A DNA stretch of 64,000 nucleotides from Candidatus Latescibacterota bacterium (GTDB taxonomy: Bacteria > Latescibacterota > UBA2968 > UBA8231), in NCBI GenBank assembly GCA_965219385.1, contig CBDCNM010000001.1, forward strand, positions 422,631 to 486,630, in the 5' to 3' direction. The translations under genes and the position numbers were made by a program. Every line of letters begins with the position of its first letter. Position 1 is the stretch's first letter. Below the pieces are notes generated by a model. That model ran no database searches and was not told the origin of the DNA. It was given only the letters and a program-made list of their open reading frames with translations. Shown here one piece after another: positions 1 through 8,946 of the stretch.

Positions 1-293
1 ATGAGCGCCACTTCGAGTACTCGGAAGGGAAAGCTCAGGCTGGATTGTTGCGGCAAGACGGCGCGGATCTGGGCGCTGGCCTTTTTGTCCCAGGATGCCA
101 GCACTCGTCCTTCCATCGACACCTTTCCCCTAGTCGGGGACAAGTCCCCGCACAATACTTTCAACAGGGTGGATTTGCCGGCGCCATTGGGCCCCAGAAC
201 CGCCACCACTTCGCCGGGTCGCACCTGGATGGACACATCTTCCAGCAGGGTGCTCCCGTCCAAGACTACGCGTATATTGCGGCCTTCGAGCAT
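1..293 (-). CDS. hmuV: Heme ABC transporter ATP-binding protein (5' part; runs off the window start)
   Basis: Manual translation from ATG 293: MLEGRNIRVVLDGSTLLEDVSIQVRPGEVVAVLGPNGAGKSTLLK...AVLPQQSSLSFPF. Walker A present; overlaps hmuU stop (TGATG). Confidence 0.9.
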   Translation of the reverse strand, partial: MLEGRNIRVVLDGSTLLEDVSIQVRPGEVVAVLGPNGAGKSTLLKVLCGDLSPTRGKVSMEGRVLASWDKKASAQIRAVLPQQSSLSFPFRVLEVAL

Positions 294-1429
294 CAGAATT
301 TCCCCAAGCGCCGCCCGCGCTGCAGCAAGTACATGAAGAAGGGACCGCCGATTATCGCCGTCACAATGCCGATGGGGAGTTCAGCCGGGGCGACCAACGT
401 GCGGGCGATGAGGTCAGCTCCCAGAAGCAGGCTGGCACCCAAAAGAGCGGCACCGGGGAGCAAAAAGCGGTGGTCCGGTCCCAGGGTGAGCCGCAGCAGG
501 TGGGGCACGACCAGACCGACAAAGCCGATGATGCCGGCCACGGCTACCGCCGCTCCCACGGACAAAGCGACCAGGAGAACTACTGAACGCTTGAGGCGCT
601 CGACATCGCAGCCGAGATGGCCGGCTTCGGCCTCGCCCAGCAGCAGGGCGTTGAGGGGACGGGCGTAGCGCAATACCGCCAGGGTCGCAAGCCCGGTGAA
701 CGGTGCAGCCGCGGCCACCGCCGGCCAGGTAGCCCCGCCCAGACTGCCCAGGCTCCAGAACGTCAGGCTGCGTAGTTGGGCGTCGTCCGCCACAAAGGTG
801 AATACCCCGGTGATGGCCCCGGCCACGGCGTTGATGGCGATGCCGGCTAGCAGCATGGTGGATACGGAGACGCTGCCGTGGATCAGCGACAGGCGATAGA
901 CCAGCAAGGTCGTGGCGGCACCACCGCCAAAAGCGGCGATGGACAGGGCAAAAGGCCCCAGCGTCTGGGTGGCGAAATCCAGCGTGGTCGCCCCCAGGAC
1001 AATGACGGCCACCGCGGCTACGGCCGCGCCACTGGAAACGCCGATGAGGCCGGGATCGGCCAGGGGATTGCGAAACAGGCCCTGCATGGCAGCGCCCGCA
1101 ACGGCCAGGCCACTGCCGATCAACATCCCCAGCAGGATCCGCGGCAGGCGAATGCTGAGGACGATGGCCTCGTGGTGGGGCTCAAAAGCCCAGGGCAGGG
1201 TCAGGTCCAGCCCTTTGCCGAGTACGGCCAGCACCTGGCCGGGGCTCATGGAGACGGCACCCGTTCCCAGGCACACCATGCTCAGCAGCCCCAGAAAGAC
1301 CGTTAGTAGCATTAGACCCAGGGCGCCCTTTTCCCCGGCCGAGACCTTTTGCAATAAGCGGCGCTTGGCTTGGTGCAGAGAAGACTCGGCTTGGGGTAGG
1401 GCGGCCTCGGCCGCTTTAATCAGGTTCAT
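293..1429 (-). CDS. hmuU: Heme ABC transporter permease (FecCD family)
   Basis: IRLPR, QGLFRNPLADPGLIGVSSGA and IGFVGLVVPH motifs; operon context. Confidence 0.92.
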   Translation of the reverse strand: MNLIKAAEAALPQAESSLHQAKRRLLQKVSAGEKGALGLMLLTVFLGLLSMVCLGTGAVSMSPGQVLAVLGKGLDLTLPWAFEPHHEAIVLSIRLPRILLGMLIGSGLAVAGAAMQGLFRNPLADPGLIGVSSGAAVAAVAVIVLGATTLDFATQTLGPFALSIAAFGGGAATTLLVYRLSLIHGSVSVSTMLLAGIAINAVAGAITGVFTFVADDAQLRSLTFWSLGSLGGATWPAVAAAAPFTGLATLAVLRYARPLNALLLGEAEAGHLGCDVERLKRSVVLLVALSVGAAVAVAGIIGFVGLVVPHLLRLTLGPDHRFLLPGAALLGASLLLGADLIARTLVAPAELPIGIVTAIIGGPFFMYLLQRGRRLGKF

Positions 1430-2300
1430 TGTTTTCAGCTTTATTCGGGGTGTCGTACAGGGCTCGATTCAACGCCAGGGCCGCTTGGCCCAAACGGGGA
1501 CCAAATCCCAACAACAAGAGCCCATCCATTGACAGGATCCGGCCTTGTTGCCCTGCTGGCGTCAGCTCGAGCCCAGGTAATTGCCAGAGCCCCTGGGTAC
1601 CGCCGATGCTCTCCAAGCCACTGTCCATGAGCAGGATGACATCGGGCGCCGCGGCCACGGCCGCTTCAGAGGTGAGCGGCTTGTACCCACTATAGCCCTG
1701 GATGGCGTTGGCGCCGCCGGCCAGGCCGATCATGGTATCGGCTCCGGTGTCCTGGCCGGCGACCATCAGCGTGCCCTGGCCCCGGGCGTAGAGAAAGAGG
1801 ATTTTGGCTTTGGCCGCGGTCTGGGGGATGGAGGATTTTACCTGATGCAGATCTTCTTTGAGGGTTTGGATCAGCGCCGCACCGCGCGCCTGGACGTCTA
1901 GCGCGGCGGCGATGCGTTCGATCGTGTTGATGGCACCCTCTACCGTGGGTTCGTGGGGCAGGACGAGCACCGTTACGCCGGCGCTCTTGAGCTGTTGGAT
2001 CGCTTCGGGGGGGCCGGCTTCGGTGGTGGCGATGACTAGCGTCGGCCTCAGAGAGAGTACGCCCTCGGCCGAGAGGCGGCGGTGATAAGCGACCTTGGGC
2101 AACTGGTTGGCTGCCTCGGGAAAGGAACTGGAGGCATCCATGCCCACTACGCGCTCGCCGGCGCCCAAGGCGAAGATGATCTCGGTGACGGTCCCGCCGA
2201 GGGTGACAATGCGGGAGGTGTCGTCTGGAATCTCTTCGGCGTCGCATGTTGATCCCCCAAGGGCGGTCATTAGTCCTAAGCATAGCGTCCATTTGTTCAT
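1416..2300 (-). CDS. hmuT: Heme ABC transporter substrate-binding protein
   Basis: RIVTLGGTVTEI, YHRRLSAEGVLSL, GFGPR; signal peptide from ATG 2300. Confidence 0.9.
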   Translation of the reverse strand: MNKWTLCLGLMTALGGSTCDAEEIPDDTSRIVTLGGTVTEIIFALGAGERVVGMDASSSFPEAANQLPKVAYHRRLSAEGVLSLRPTLVIATTEAGPPEAIQQLKSAGVTVLVLPHEPTVEGAINTIERIAAALDVQARGAALIQTLKEDLHQVKSSIPQTAAKAKILFLYARGQGTLMVAGQDTGADTMIGLAGGANAIQGYSGYKPLTSEAAVAAAPDVILLMDSGLESIGGTQGLWQLPGLELTPAGQQGRILSMDGLLLLGFGPRLGQAALALNRALYDTPNKAENNEPD

Positions 2301-2305
2301 AGTGA

Positions 2306-3358
2306 TCAGATCCGTTTGAGCGTGGACAGCGCGGCATTCCAAGCGTCCACTGTCGCCTGGCCTTGCTTGCGCCGGGCAAAGAGCAGGGCAATGGTTTCTC
2401 CCTGGTCGTCGTACACCTCCAGACTAGCGACCACGCCGTCCCGGGTTGGTTTTTGCACGACCCAGGCCGGATCCAAGCGGTCCTCCCTGACGTGCAGGTT
2501 GAAGTCGTCGTCCAAGACGTTGAGCCAGGGGCGGCTCGATTTGACGGTGTGGATCGGTCCCGAATGGATCTGGATGACCCCGGGACTGGCGACGAAGACC
2601 ATGATGGCCAACCGGTCCCGGGCCGCGATATGTAGTACCTCGTTCAGGCTAGATGAGTCCACGCGGCAGGCCAGTGAGTCGTCGACCAGGCGCAGGGCTT
2701 GAACGCGCCCGACGTGAAATTGGGCCAGGAGTCGGTGAAAGTCATGGGTGTCCTCGAGGGCGTTCCAGGCCGCTTCCAGCCCCGGTAGGTCAATGGCGGC
2801 GTCTGCTTTGTCCGGCACTGAGGGGATGGTCGGGCAGACGCACTGCACGGGCGACTGATCGTCGCTGGCGAATTCGTCGATCAGCTGCTGGTAGGCCGTC
2901 TGGTCGCTCTCGGCGGTCAAGTACACTTTGTGGATCGCGGTGCCGTGCCGATCGAAAAACTGAAAGCTGCACAGGGTGGTTTTGCGGCCTTCCTGCTCCA
3001 CGGCAAAGCCGAGGTGCCAGTGGTCCATGAACAGGCGCAGATCAATGCCTTCATCGAGGACCAATCCCATCTGACCGCGAAAGTGTACGTCGCGGAACAC
3101 ACCGTGTTTTTCGTGGACCGCGTGGGCGTTGCGCGTGAGGGCCATGACCGGGCCGAGTCCCTCGAGGCGCTGGATGAACTGCGGCCACTCGGCCTGTAGG
3201 CGGATCGAATCTTCGCCGCAGGAAGTGGCTACCAGTTCGGCTTCGCTCACGCCCAATTGCTCGGCTGCGTCGCGGATGCGCACCCTGGGGTTTGCACGTC
3301 GAAAAGTATTCCAGAGTTGCTTGCAGTCGCCTCTGCTGGCGGGTGCTGTGGTAGTCAT
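2306..3358 (-). CDS. hmuS: Hemin-degrading/trafficking protein (HemS/ChuS family)
   Basis: RIRDAAEQLGVSEAEL, ALTRN..AVHEKHG, IDLRLF, KPTRDG; RBS upstream of ATG 3358. Confidence 0.92.
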   Translation of the reverse strand: MTTTAPASRGDCKQLWNTFRRANPRVRIRDAAEQLGVSEAELVATSCGEDSIRLQAEWPQFIQRLEGLGPVMALTRNAHAVHEKHGVFRDVHFRGQMGLVLDEGIDLRLFMDHWHLGFAVEQEGRKTTLCSFQFFDRHGTAIHKVYLTAESDQTAYQQLIDEFASDDQSPVQCVCPTIPSVPDKADAAIDLPGLEAAWNALEDTHDFHRLLAQFHVGRVQALRLVDDSLACRVDSSSLNEVLHIAARDRLAIMVFVASPGVIQIHSGPIHTVKSSRPWLNVLDDDFNLHVREDRLDPAWVVQKPTRDGVVASLEVYDDQGETIALLFARRKQGQATVDAWNAALSTLKRI

Positions 3359-3369
3359 GCTATCTCCCT

Positions 3370-3771
3370 TCAGTTGAGGTGGTCGCCCATGCTGTGCATT
3401 GGCCAGCGCGTAACTAACCGGGGTCCAGGAAAAACGTTTATGCTTGGACTGCGCGGCTGACACATCGCTTCTGGTGCCGCACTAATGCTCTCTAATTCGA
3501 TGGCCTCAGCCGCTTCCTGCATAGCCTCGGCCAGGGGCGGTAGCGCGCTGGCACTCAGGCAAAGGACCGTGGTGTAGCAGGTCAGGGATAGATAGGAACA
3601 GGACCAGATACCGGCCTCGATCAGGTTCATAGCTTGTTGAATCTCTCGATTGAGGGCGCAGAATTCATCAGGGTGCAGGCCGATGTTGACGTTCTGGCAG
3701 ACCAAGTGGATACCGCCGTGTTCACAGCGGTAGATGGTTGCAATCGGCGGGTTGCTGGCGATGGGCTGCAT
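3370..3771 (-). CDS. Small Cys/His-containing hypothetical protein in the heme operon
   Basis: 133 aa ORF with GGAGG-like RBS, tightly packed between the HmuY-like gene and hmuS; CEHGGIHL motif. Confidence 0.7.
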   Translation of the reverse strand: MQPIASNPPIATIYRCEHGGIHLVCQNVNIGLHPDEFCALNREIQQAMNLIEAGIWSCSYLSLTCYTTVLCLSASALPPLAEAMQEAAEAIELESISAAPEAMCQPRSPSINVFPGPRLVTRWPMHSMGDHLN

Positions 3772-3792
3772 GAGATTTTCTCCTGTGGTTTT

Positions 3793-4911
3793 TTAGTTCG
3801 AGTCCCAGACCCTTGCCTTGAGTTGGCCCCAACTCGAAAATTGAACCGCGGTCGCCGGATCGTCTGTGAGCGGACGCCAGCGGAGGGTGATGAACCCCGA
3901 GACCGGCGAGCCCTCGACCTCCCGATAGAAGTTGAGGAGCTGCATCTTGTAGAAACCTTCGCCGGTATCGATGACGTACACGTGATTCCGCGTCGACAGG
4001 AAATGGGTGTCGCTGTCGTAGCTGTACCACTCGCCGCTGTCGCTGCTGAAGGCCGAGCCTGCCTTGTCGGCGAAGTACCCGAACCCCATGGCCTCGGCGA
4101 TGTCCTCGAAGGTTTGATCTGTCTGATAGGAGGGAAACGCGCCGCCCTGGCCGGGGCCGCTGATGCCGCCGTTCAGGCGGATGACGTACCCGGAGAAGTG
4201 GAGGTCCCAGTCCATGGAGGTGGCCGGATCGACCGGCGCGACCTGCTCGCCCGAACTCAGGTTGAAGTACACCTCCTCGCCCCCGCTCACCTCCACGGTA
4301 GCGCTGCGCGCCGCGCCCGTTAGATCCGTGCCGTCGGCGACGACCCAGCGGAAGGTAAGGCGACCGGCGTCCGTGCGGCTGGCCCCTTCCATCCCATCGA
4401 CGACGAACTTGGCAAACTGGCCGTCCGCGGCGCGCAACTCGTAGGCGTGGCCGGTAAGCGCGGGGCGGTGGGAAGCCGGATCGTACGAATACCATTCGCC
4501 AATGGCGTAGGCCGGTCCGTCGGCGATGAAGGCGTCGGCACCGGGAATGTCCGCCGAGGTTATTGCGTCGAAGGCTTCTTCTGCGACGACGTCCTCGACA
4601 CCCATGAGATCAAAACCCCTGACGTTGCCGGAGCCGCTGATGCCGCCGTTGAGTCGGATCTCGCTGCGCTTGAAGGCGATGTGCCACTCCGCCGACTGCG
4701 CTGCCTCGGCATCGGTGAGTGCGACCACGTCTTGGAGTGTGAAGCTGAAGTAGGTGAAGTCGTGGGATTCAGTGGCAAAAGCGCCGCCTGCCGTGGCGTC
4801 GATCACCGTGTGGAAGTCGCCGTTGTCGAGCTGGGTGGTCGATTTGCCAAAAGCCGGTGCGCTCAGCGCCGACAGCAAAGTGAGAAAGACGGTAAAGCCA
4901 ATGCGTTGCAT
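3793..4911 (-). CDS. Secreted tandem HmuY-domain hemophore-like protein with a C-terminal TAVxxxSWGxLK motif
   Basis: Two repeats of W(H/D)(I/L)xF...IRLNGGISG...GEWYSYD..H; Sec signal peptide; tail PATAVQFSSWGQLK. Confidence 0.82.
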   Translation of the reverse strand: MQRIGFTVFLTLLSALSAPAFGKSTTQLDNGDFHTVIDATAGGAFATESHDFTYFSFTLQDVVALTDAEAAQSAEWHIAFKRSEIRLNGGISGSGNVRGFDLMGVEDVVAEEAFDAITSADIPGADAFIADGPAYAIGEWYSYDPASHRPALTGHAYELRAADGQFAKFVVDGMEGASRTDAGRLTFRWVVADGTDLTGAARSATVEVSGGEEVYFNLSSGEQVAPVDPATSMDWDLHFSGYVIRLNGGISGPGQGGAFPSYQTDQTFEDIAEAMGFGYFADKAGSAFSSDSGEWYSYDSDTHFLSTRNHVYVIDTGEGFYKMQLLNFYREVEGSPVSGFITLRWRPLTDDPATAVQFSSWGQLKARVWDSN

Positions 4912-4950
4912 GATGCGTCCCTCCTTGGGATAGTGAATGGTGAAGTCGAA

Positions 4951-5099
4951 TTACTGCGAAAATGCGCCTTCGCGAATCCACGTCCGCACTAGCTGGATCT
5001 CCTCTTCCGGCATGGGGAGTGCGAGCATGGGCATGCGCTACAGCCGTTGATAGTGGTCCACAAAGCCAACATGGCCATCCCCTTCACGCTCGCCCTCAC
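4951..5099 (-). pseudogene. Internally deleted lipoprotein cytochrome c-like gene remnant
   Basis: GTG 5099 gives VRASVKGMAMLALWTTINGCS (lipoprotein-like signal). A second frame gives RMPMLALPMPEEEIQLVRTWIREGAFSQ*, typical of a planctomycete-type cytochrome c C-terminus. Confidence 0.6.
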
Positions 5100-7348
5100 A
5101 ACCGCATTCGCAGGCCGCCGCGCACGGCCCGGCCTCGCGGTGAGCGCAGGTCTCCGGGGCGATCCAGGTCTCTGCGGTTATCGAGGAGATTCTCAATGCC
5201 CAGTCTCAGGGCGACGGGACCCCACAAGGGCTGCTCCGCGTTTACGTCCCACTCGCTTCCGGCGGGCGACCGCAGGGTTCCCTCGGCGTCGGCCCACACC
5301 GCGCTATCCCGTCTCAGCTTGATCTCTAGACGGCCCTTACCGGGCGTCGTCCACTTCGCGCGGATGCGCAGGGCGTGGCGCGGTCGCCCCGGCAGATCGC
5401 GCTGGGCACCTTGATCGCGCGCCTGCAGATAGGTGTAGCCGCCGTTGACCATGAGCCGGTCGCCGCGCTGGGCACTCAGGCCGAACTCGATCCCACGGGT
5501 CGAGGCACGCCCCACGTTGTCGTACGCATAGATCGCCACCGAGCCGGAACTCTGCGCGGGGTCGAACACGGTTTGGATGAGGTTGCGCAGGCGGTTGTGG
5601 AAGAAGTTGACCCGCAGGTCCAGGGCCTCCACCGGCTCGAACTCCGCGCCCACGTTCAGCCCCCAGGTCCGTTCCGGTCTCAGCGAAGGGGAGCCCAGCA
5701 CCTTGTACCCCAGGTTGCTGTGGTCAAAGACGAAGTAGCGTTCCTTCAGGGAAGGGGCACGGTATCCCGCGCCGTACGAGGCCCGCACCCTCAAGCCCTC
5801 GGAAAGTCGATGGGCAAAGGAGACTTTCGGCGTTAGATGGAACCCGTAGCGCGAGTGCCATTGCGAGCGGGCGCCCCACACGACCCCGGTGTTTTCCGCC
5901 ACTTGCCAGTCGTCCTGGACATAGGCCTCCGCAACATCCACCCTCGACGGAGGTACCTCCACCGTGCGCTGTTGCTCGCCCAAGGGCAGGGTGCGCTCGA
6001 GCGCGACTTCGAGTTCCTCGCGCGTGTGCTCCAGCCCGCCCGTGAGCACGTGCCGGCGCCGCAACAGGTGGACGGTGCGCAGTTGATACTTCATCAGCAC
6101 GTTGTCGGTGGACCGGTCTCTCGCTTCGCGACTGCCGATCAGTTCCTCGCTGCTCAGGTTGTCGAAATAGGTGCGGAAGACGGCGGCGTTGGCGGTGCTC
6201 CCTTCAGCCCACTGCCACTCGGCCCCGGCCCCGAGATCCACCCGCTGCATCTGGTCGGGAAAGCGCCACACGTAGGTTTTGTCGAGCGGGGCGAAGTACC
6301 GGCTAGACACTCCCTCCTCGTTTTGCGAGAGCCAGCGCGCCGAGCCTTGCAGCAACAGGTTGGGCCGTGCTTCCCAGCGCAGTTTGCCTTGCGTGAAGCG
6401 CTGGGTGTAGGCGTCGATATCGGTGTCGGGATCGTCTGGCGAGTGATCGAGAGCTTCGAGGGCCGTTCTGGAGGCGATGAGGGAGGCGGAGAGACCGGAG
6501 CGCGTCAGGGCCCCCTGGCCCTCGAGCGCGGTTAGCCCCCCGGACCCCAAGCTGAACCGGATGTCGCCACTTCGTTCGCGTTGAGGAGAGCGGGTGAGGA
6601 TGTGGACCACCCCGCCCATGGCCTCGCTGCCGTACAGGGCGGAATGCGGTCCCTGCACCACTTCGATCCGCTCGACTTGGCAGACGGGCAGCTTGGCCAG
6701 ATCGATCACCCCGCCCGGGCCGCCGATCACCCGCTCGCCATCGACCAAGATCAGAACGCGCTTGGGATCGATACCTTGGATCATGACGCCGGACGGAGAC
6801 CCCAGGTAGCCATAAAGCGAGGAATGCACGTTGAGTCCGGCCACATCTTCCAGCAGGCCCGCGACATTCTCCGCGCTGGACAACTCGATAGCCTCCCGGG
6901 GGATGATTGCCACCGGCACGGTTAGTGCCGCCGCGGACTTAGGTCTGCCGGTCGCCGTGATCAGTGTGGCCGCCTGGGTCAGGGGGTGCACCTCGAGAGC
7001 AAAATCAAGTCGAAGTCTCTGCCCTGAGAGCAGTTCCACCTGTCGGCTTTGGGCGTGGTAACCGATTCTACTGGCCTCGACCCGATAGGGGCCCGGCGGC
7101 AGCACCATCTCGTAGCGCCCGAGTGCGTCGGTGATGGCACTCGCTTTGCCGGTGGATACCGCGATACTGGCGTGGGCAAGGGGCCCCCCGGAGTCGGCGT
7201 CCACGATGGTGCCCTCGACCTGAGCGGCGCTCAGACTGAGTGGCGCTAGGCAGGCTCCGCTCAGCAAGAATTTCCATATACAATCCAAGCAAGACGGAGA
7301 GGCATTTTTCTTTGTTGCGGATCTTTTGACAGCGTGGTCATCAGTCAT
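5096..7348 (-). CDS. TonB-dependent receptor with N-terminal carboxypeptidase-like domain (probable heme receptor); start uncertain
   Basis: Plug motifs (VLILVDGER, VERIEVVQGPHSALYGSEAMGGVV), GYRAPSLKE, LRPE, barrel C-terminus. Confidence 0.9.
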   Translation of the reverse strand: MTDDHAVKRSATKKNASPSCLDCIWKFLLSGACLAPLSLSAAQVEGTIVDADSGGPLAHASIAVSTGKASAITDALGRYEMVLPPGPYRVEASRIGYHAQSRQVELLSGQRLRLDFALEVHPLTQAATLITATGRPKSAAALTVPVAIIPREAIELSSAENVAGLLEDVAGLNVHSSLYGYLGSPSGVMIQGIDPKRVLILVDGERVIGGPGGVIDLAKLPVCQVERIEVVQGPHSALYGSEAMGGVVHILTRSPQRERSGDIRFSLGSGGLTALEGQGALTRSGLSASLIASRTALEALDHSPDDPDTDIDAYTQRFTQGKLRWEARPNLLLQGSARWLSQNEEGVSSRYFAPLDKTYVWRFPDQMQRVDLGAGAEWQWAEGSTANAAVFRTYFDNLSSEELIGSREARDRSTDNVLMKYQLRTVHLLRRRHVLTGGLEHTREELEVALERTLPLGEQQRTVEVPPSRVDVAEAYVQDDWQVAENTGVVWGARSQWHSRYGFHLTPKVSFAHRLSEGLRVRASYGAGYRAPSLKERYFVFDHSNLGYKVLGSPSLRPERTWGLNVGAEFEPVEALDLRVNFFHNRLRNLIQTVFDPAQSSGSVAIYAYDNVGRASTRGIEFGLSAQRGDRLMVNGGYTYLQARDQGAQRDLPGRPRHALRIRAKWTTPGKGRLEIKLRRDSAVWADAEGTLRSPAGSEWDVNAEQPLWGPVALRLGIENLLDNRRDLDRPGDLRSPRGRAVRGGLRMRL

Positions 7349-7367
7349 TATGTTCTTCACAGAGGAC

Positions 7368-7422
7368 AAAAAAAGCTCAGATATGCCCGGCCGGCGCACC
7401 CCGGTTCGGAGCATATCGGCGC
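7368..7422 (-). terminator. Intrinsic terminator after the imelysin/di-heme block
   Basis: GATATGC...GCATATC stem followed by T7 on the minus strand. Confidence 0.6.
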
Positions 7423-7435
7423 TGGGTTCTCGACG

Positions 7436-7480
7436 GGCTATTGGCGAAGTGCTGGCAGGCGCAGCCAATAGCCTTTTTTT
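7436..7480 (+). terminator. Plus-strand intrinsic terminator-like hairpin
   Basis: GGCTATTGGC...GCCAATAGCC perfect 10-bp stem followed by T7. Confidence 0.55.
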
Positions 7481-7537
7481 ATTCGCGGGTGATGGCCTCG
7501 TACTAAATTTTTACATGGCTCCTCCTGTAAGCCGAAA

Positions 7538-8932
7538 TCACAGGGACTGCAAAAAGGCCACGAGCGCGTCCCGGTCCCTCTGGTCGAGCTGGCGCACGAA
7601 TTCCCGCGCCGTTTCCGCCTCGCCGCCGTGGAACATGATGGCTTCCATCAGCGTGCGCGCCCGTCCATCGTGCAGATAGGCTGGAATGCCATTGACCGTT
7701 GCGGTCAGCCCGATGCCCCACAGCGGCGGCGTGCGCCATTCGCGGCCATCGGCCTCAAAGTCGGGACGGTCGTCGGCCAATTCTTCCCCCATATCGTGGA
7801 GCAGCAAATCGGTGTAGGGATGAATGGTCTGGTTGGACAGGGCCGCAATCTCGTGGCTACCCGTCCGCAGGGTGGGGATGTGGCAGCCCGAGCACTGGGC
7901 CGCGGCAAAAAGCTCTTCGCCGCGCAAAACCTGCGGATCGTCGATGTCGCGGCGGGCCGGCACGGCCAGGGTCTGCACGTAAAAGGTGTTGATCTCCAGC
8001 GTCTCTTGGCCGATTTCGGGATCGTCCTGGTGGCCGTCCATTTGCGGCTGACCGGCGGCGGATTCCTCGGGGAAATAGGGGCTGGTGATGCCCATGTCCT
8101 GGTGGTAGGCCCCGGCGACCTGCTGCAACAGGTCGGGGTTGTTGGCCTTGAGACCAAAGCGGCCCAATTCAGTCTGTCGCGTGCGGAAGTTGTAGACCCG
8201 ATTGGGGCGCCCGGAGAGGCCGTCCCCGTCCCGGTCGCCCCAATCGGCCAGTGCCAGAATAGCCTCTGCGGGGATGGCTTCGAGCAGGCCGCGGCCAAAA
8301 ACCGGCGGGGCCATGCGCGGCGAGAACAGGGCGTCCCCCGGAAGCGGTTGATAGGTCTCCACTACGTCGTAAACCGGAAAACGCAGGGAGTACGCTGCGC
8401 CGTCGGCAAAATGGCGGGTCTCCTCAAAGTAAGAGACGTCGATCCGCGCTTCGGGTGCAATCCCGAAAACGGCGCGATCCCCAATCTGTTCGCCAAAGCC
8501 CGGCACTGGTTGTGGGGCCCCAGGCACTTCGGGGTTGGTGCCGGGCAGGCTGACCCGCATGAGCATGGAGCCGACAAAAGGGGAGACATCGCCAAACCCT
8601 TCGCGCCCCCGGCCATCGCGGGCGTGACAGCCGACGCACGAGGTCTGATTGAAGACCGGCCCCAGGCCGTGCCCCACTTCGGCTGGCGCGGTGACAAAGA
8701 TCTGTTCAAAGGCCGCGTCCCCGGCCAAAAAGCGCTCCATTCCCATCCCGTTCAAAGAGGGGATGGGGTTTTCAAACGCCAGACTGCTGGCGTCAAAGAC
8801 CGTCGCCGCCCCGCCGGATAGGGCGCGGTCGTCCTTCACGGGAGTCGGTTCTAACCCCCGGTCGTCGCCGCACTGGGTGAGCGTAGCTATAAGTCCCATA
8901 TAGAGGAGTATGGACGTACGGGCAATGGTCAT
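7538..8932 (-). CDS. Di-heme oxidoreductase (DHOR) family lipoprotein
   Basis: Two CxxCH (CVGCH, CSGCH), GLGPVFN, PYTDLLLHDMG, WRTPPLWG, YLHDGRART. Confidence 0.9.
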   Translation of the reverse strand: MTIARTSILLYMGLIATLTQCGDDRGLEPTPVKDDRALSGGAATVFDASSLAFENPIPSLNGMGMERFLAGDAAFEQIFVTAPAEVGHGLGPVFNQTSCVGCHARDGRGREGFGDVSPFVGSMLMRVSLPGTNPEVPGAPQPVPGFGEQIGDRAVFGIAPEARIDVSYFEETRHFADGAAYSLRFPVYDVVETYQPLPGDALFSPRMAPPVFGRGLLEAIPAEAILALADWGDRDGDGLSGRPNRVYNFRTRQTELGRFGLKANNPDLLQQVAGAYHQDMGITSPYFPEESAAGQPQMDGHQDDPEIGQETLEINTFYVQTLAVPARRDIDDPQVLRGEELFAAAQCSGCHIPTLRTGSHEIAALSNQTIHPYTDLLLHDMGEELADDRPDFEADGREWRTPPLWGIGLTATVNGIPAYLHDGRARTLMEAIMFHGGEAETAREFVRQLDQRDRDALVAFLQSL

Positions 8933-8946
8933 TGCGAAAAATGAAT

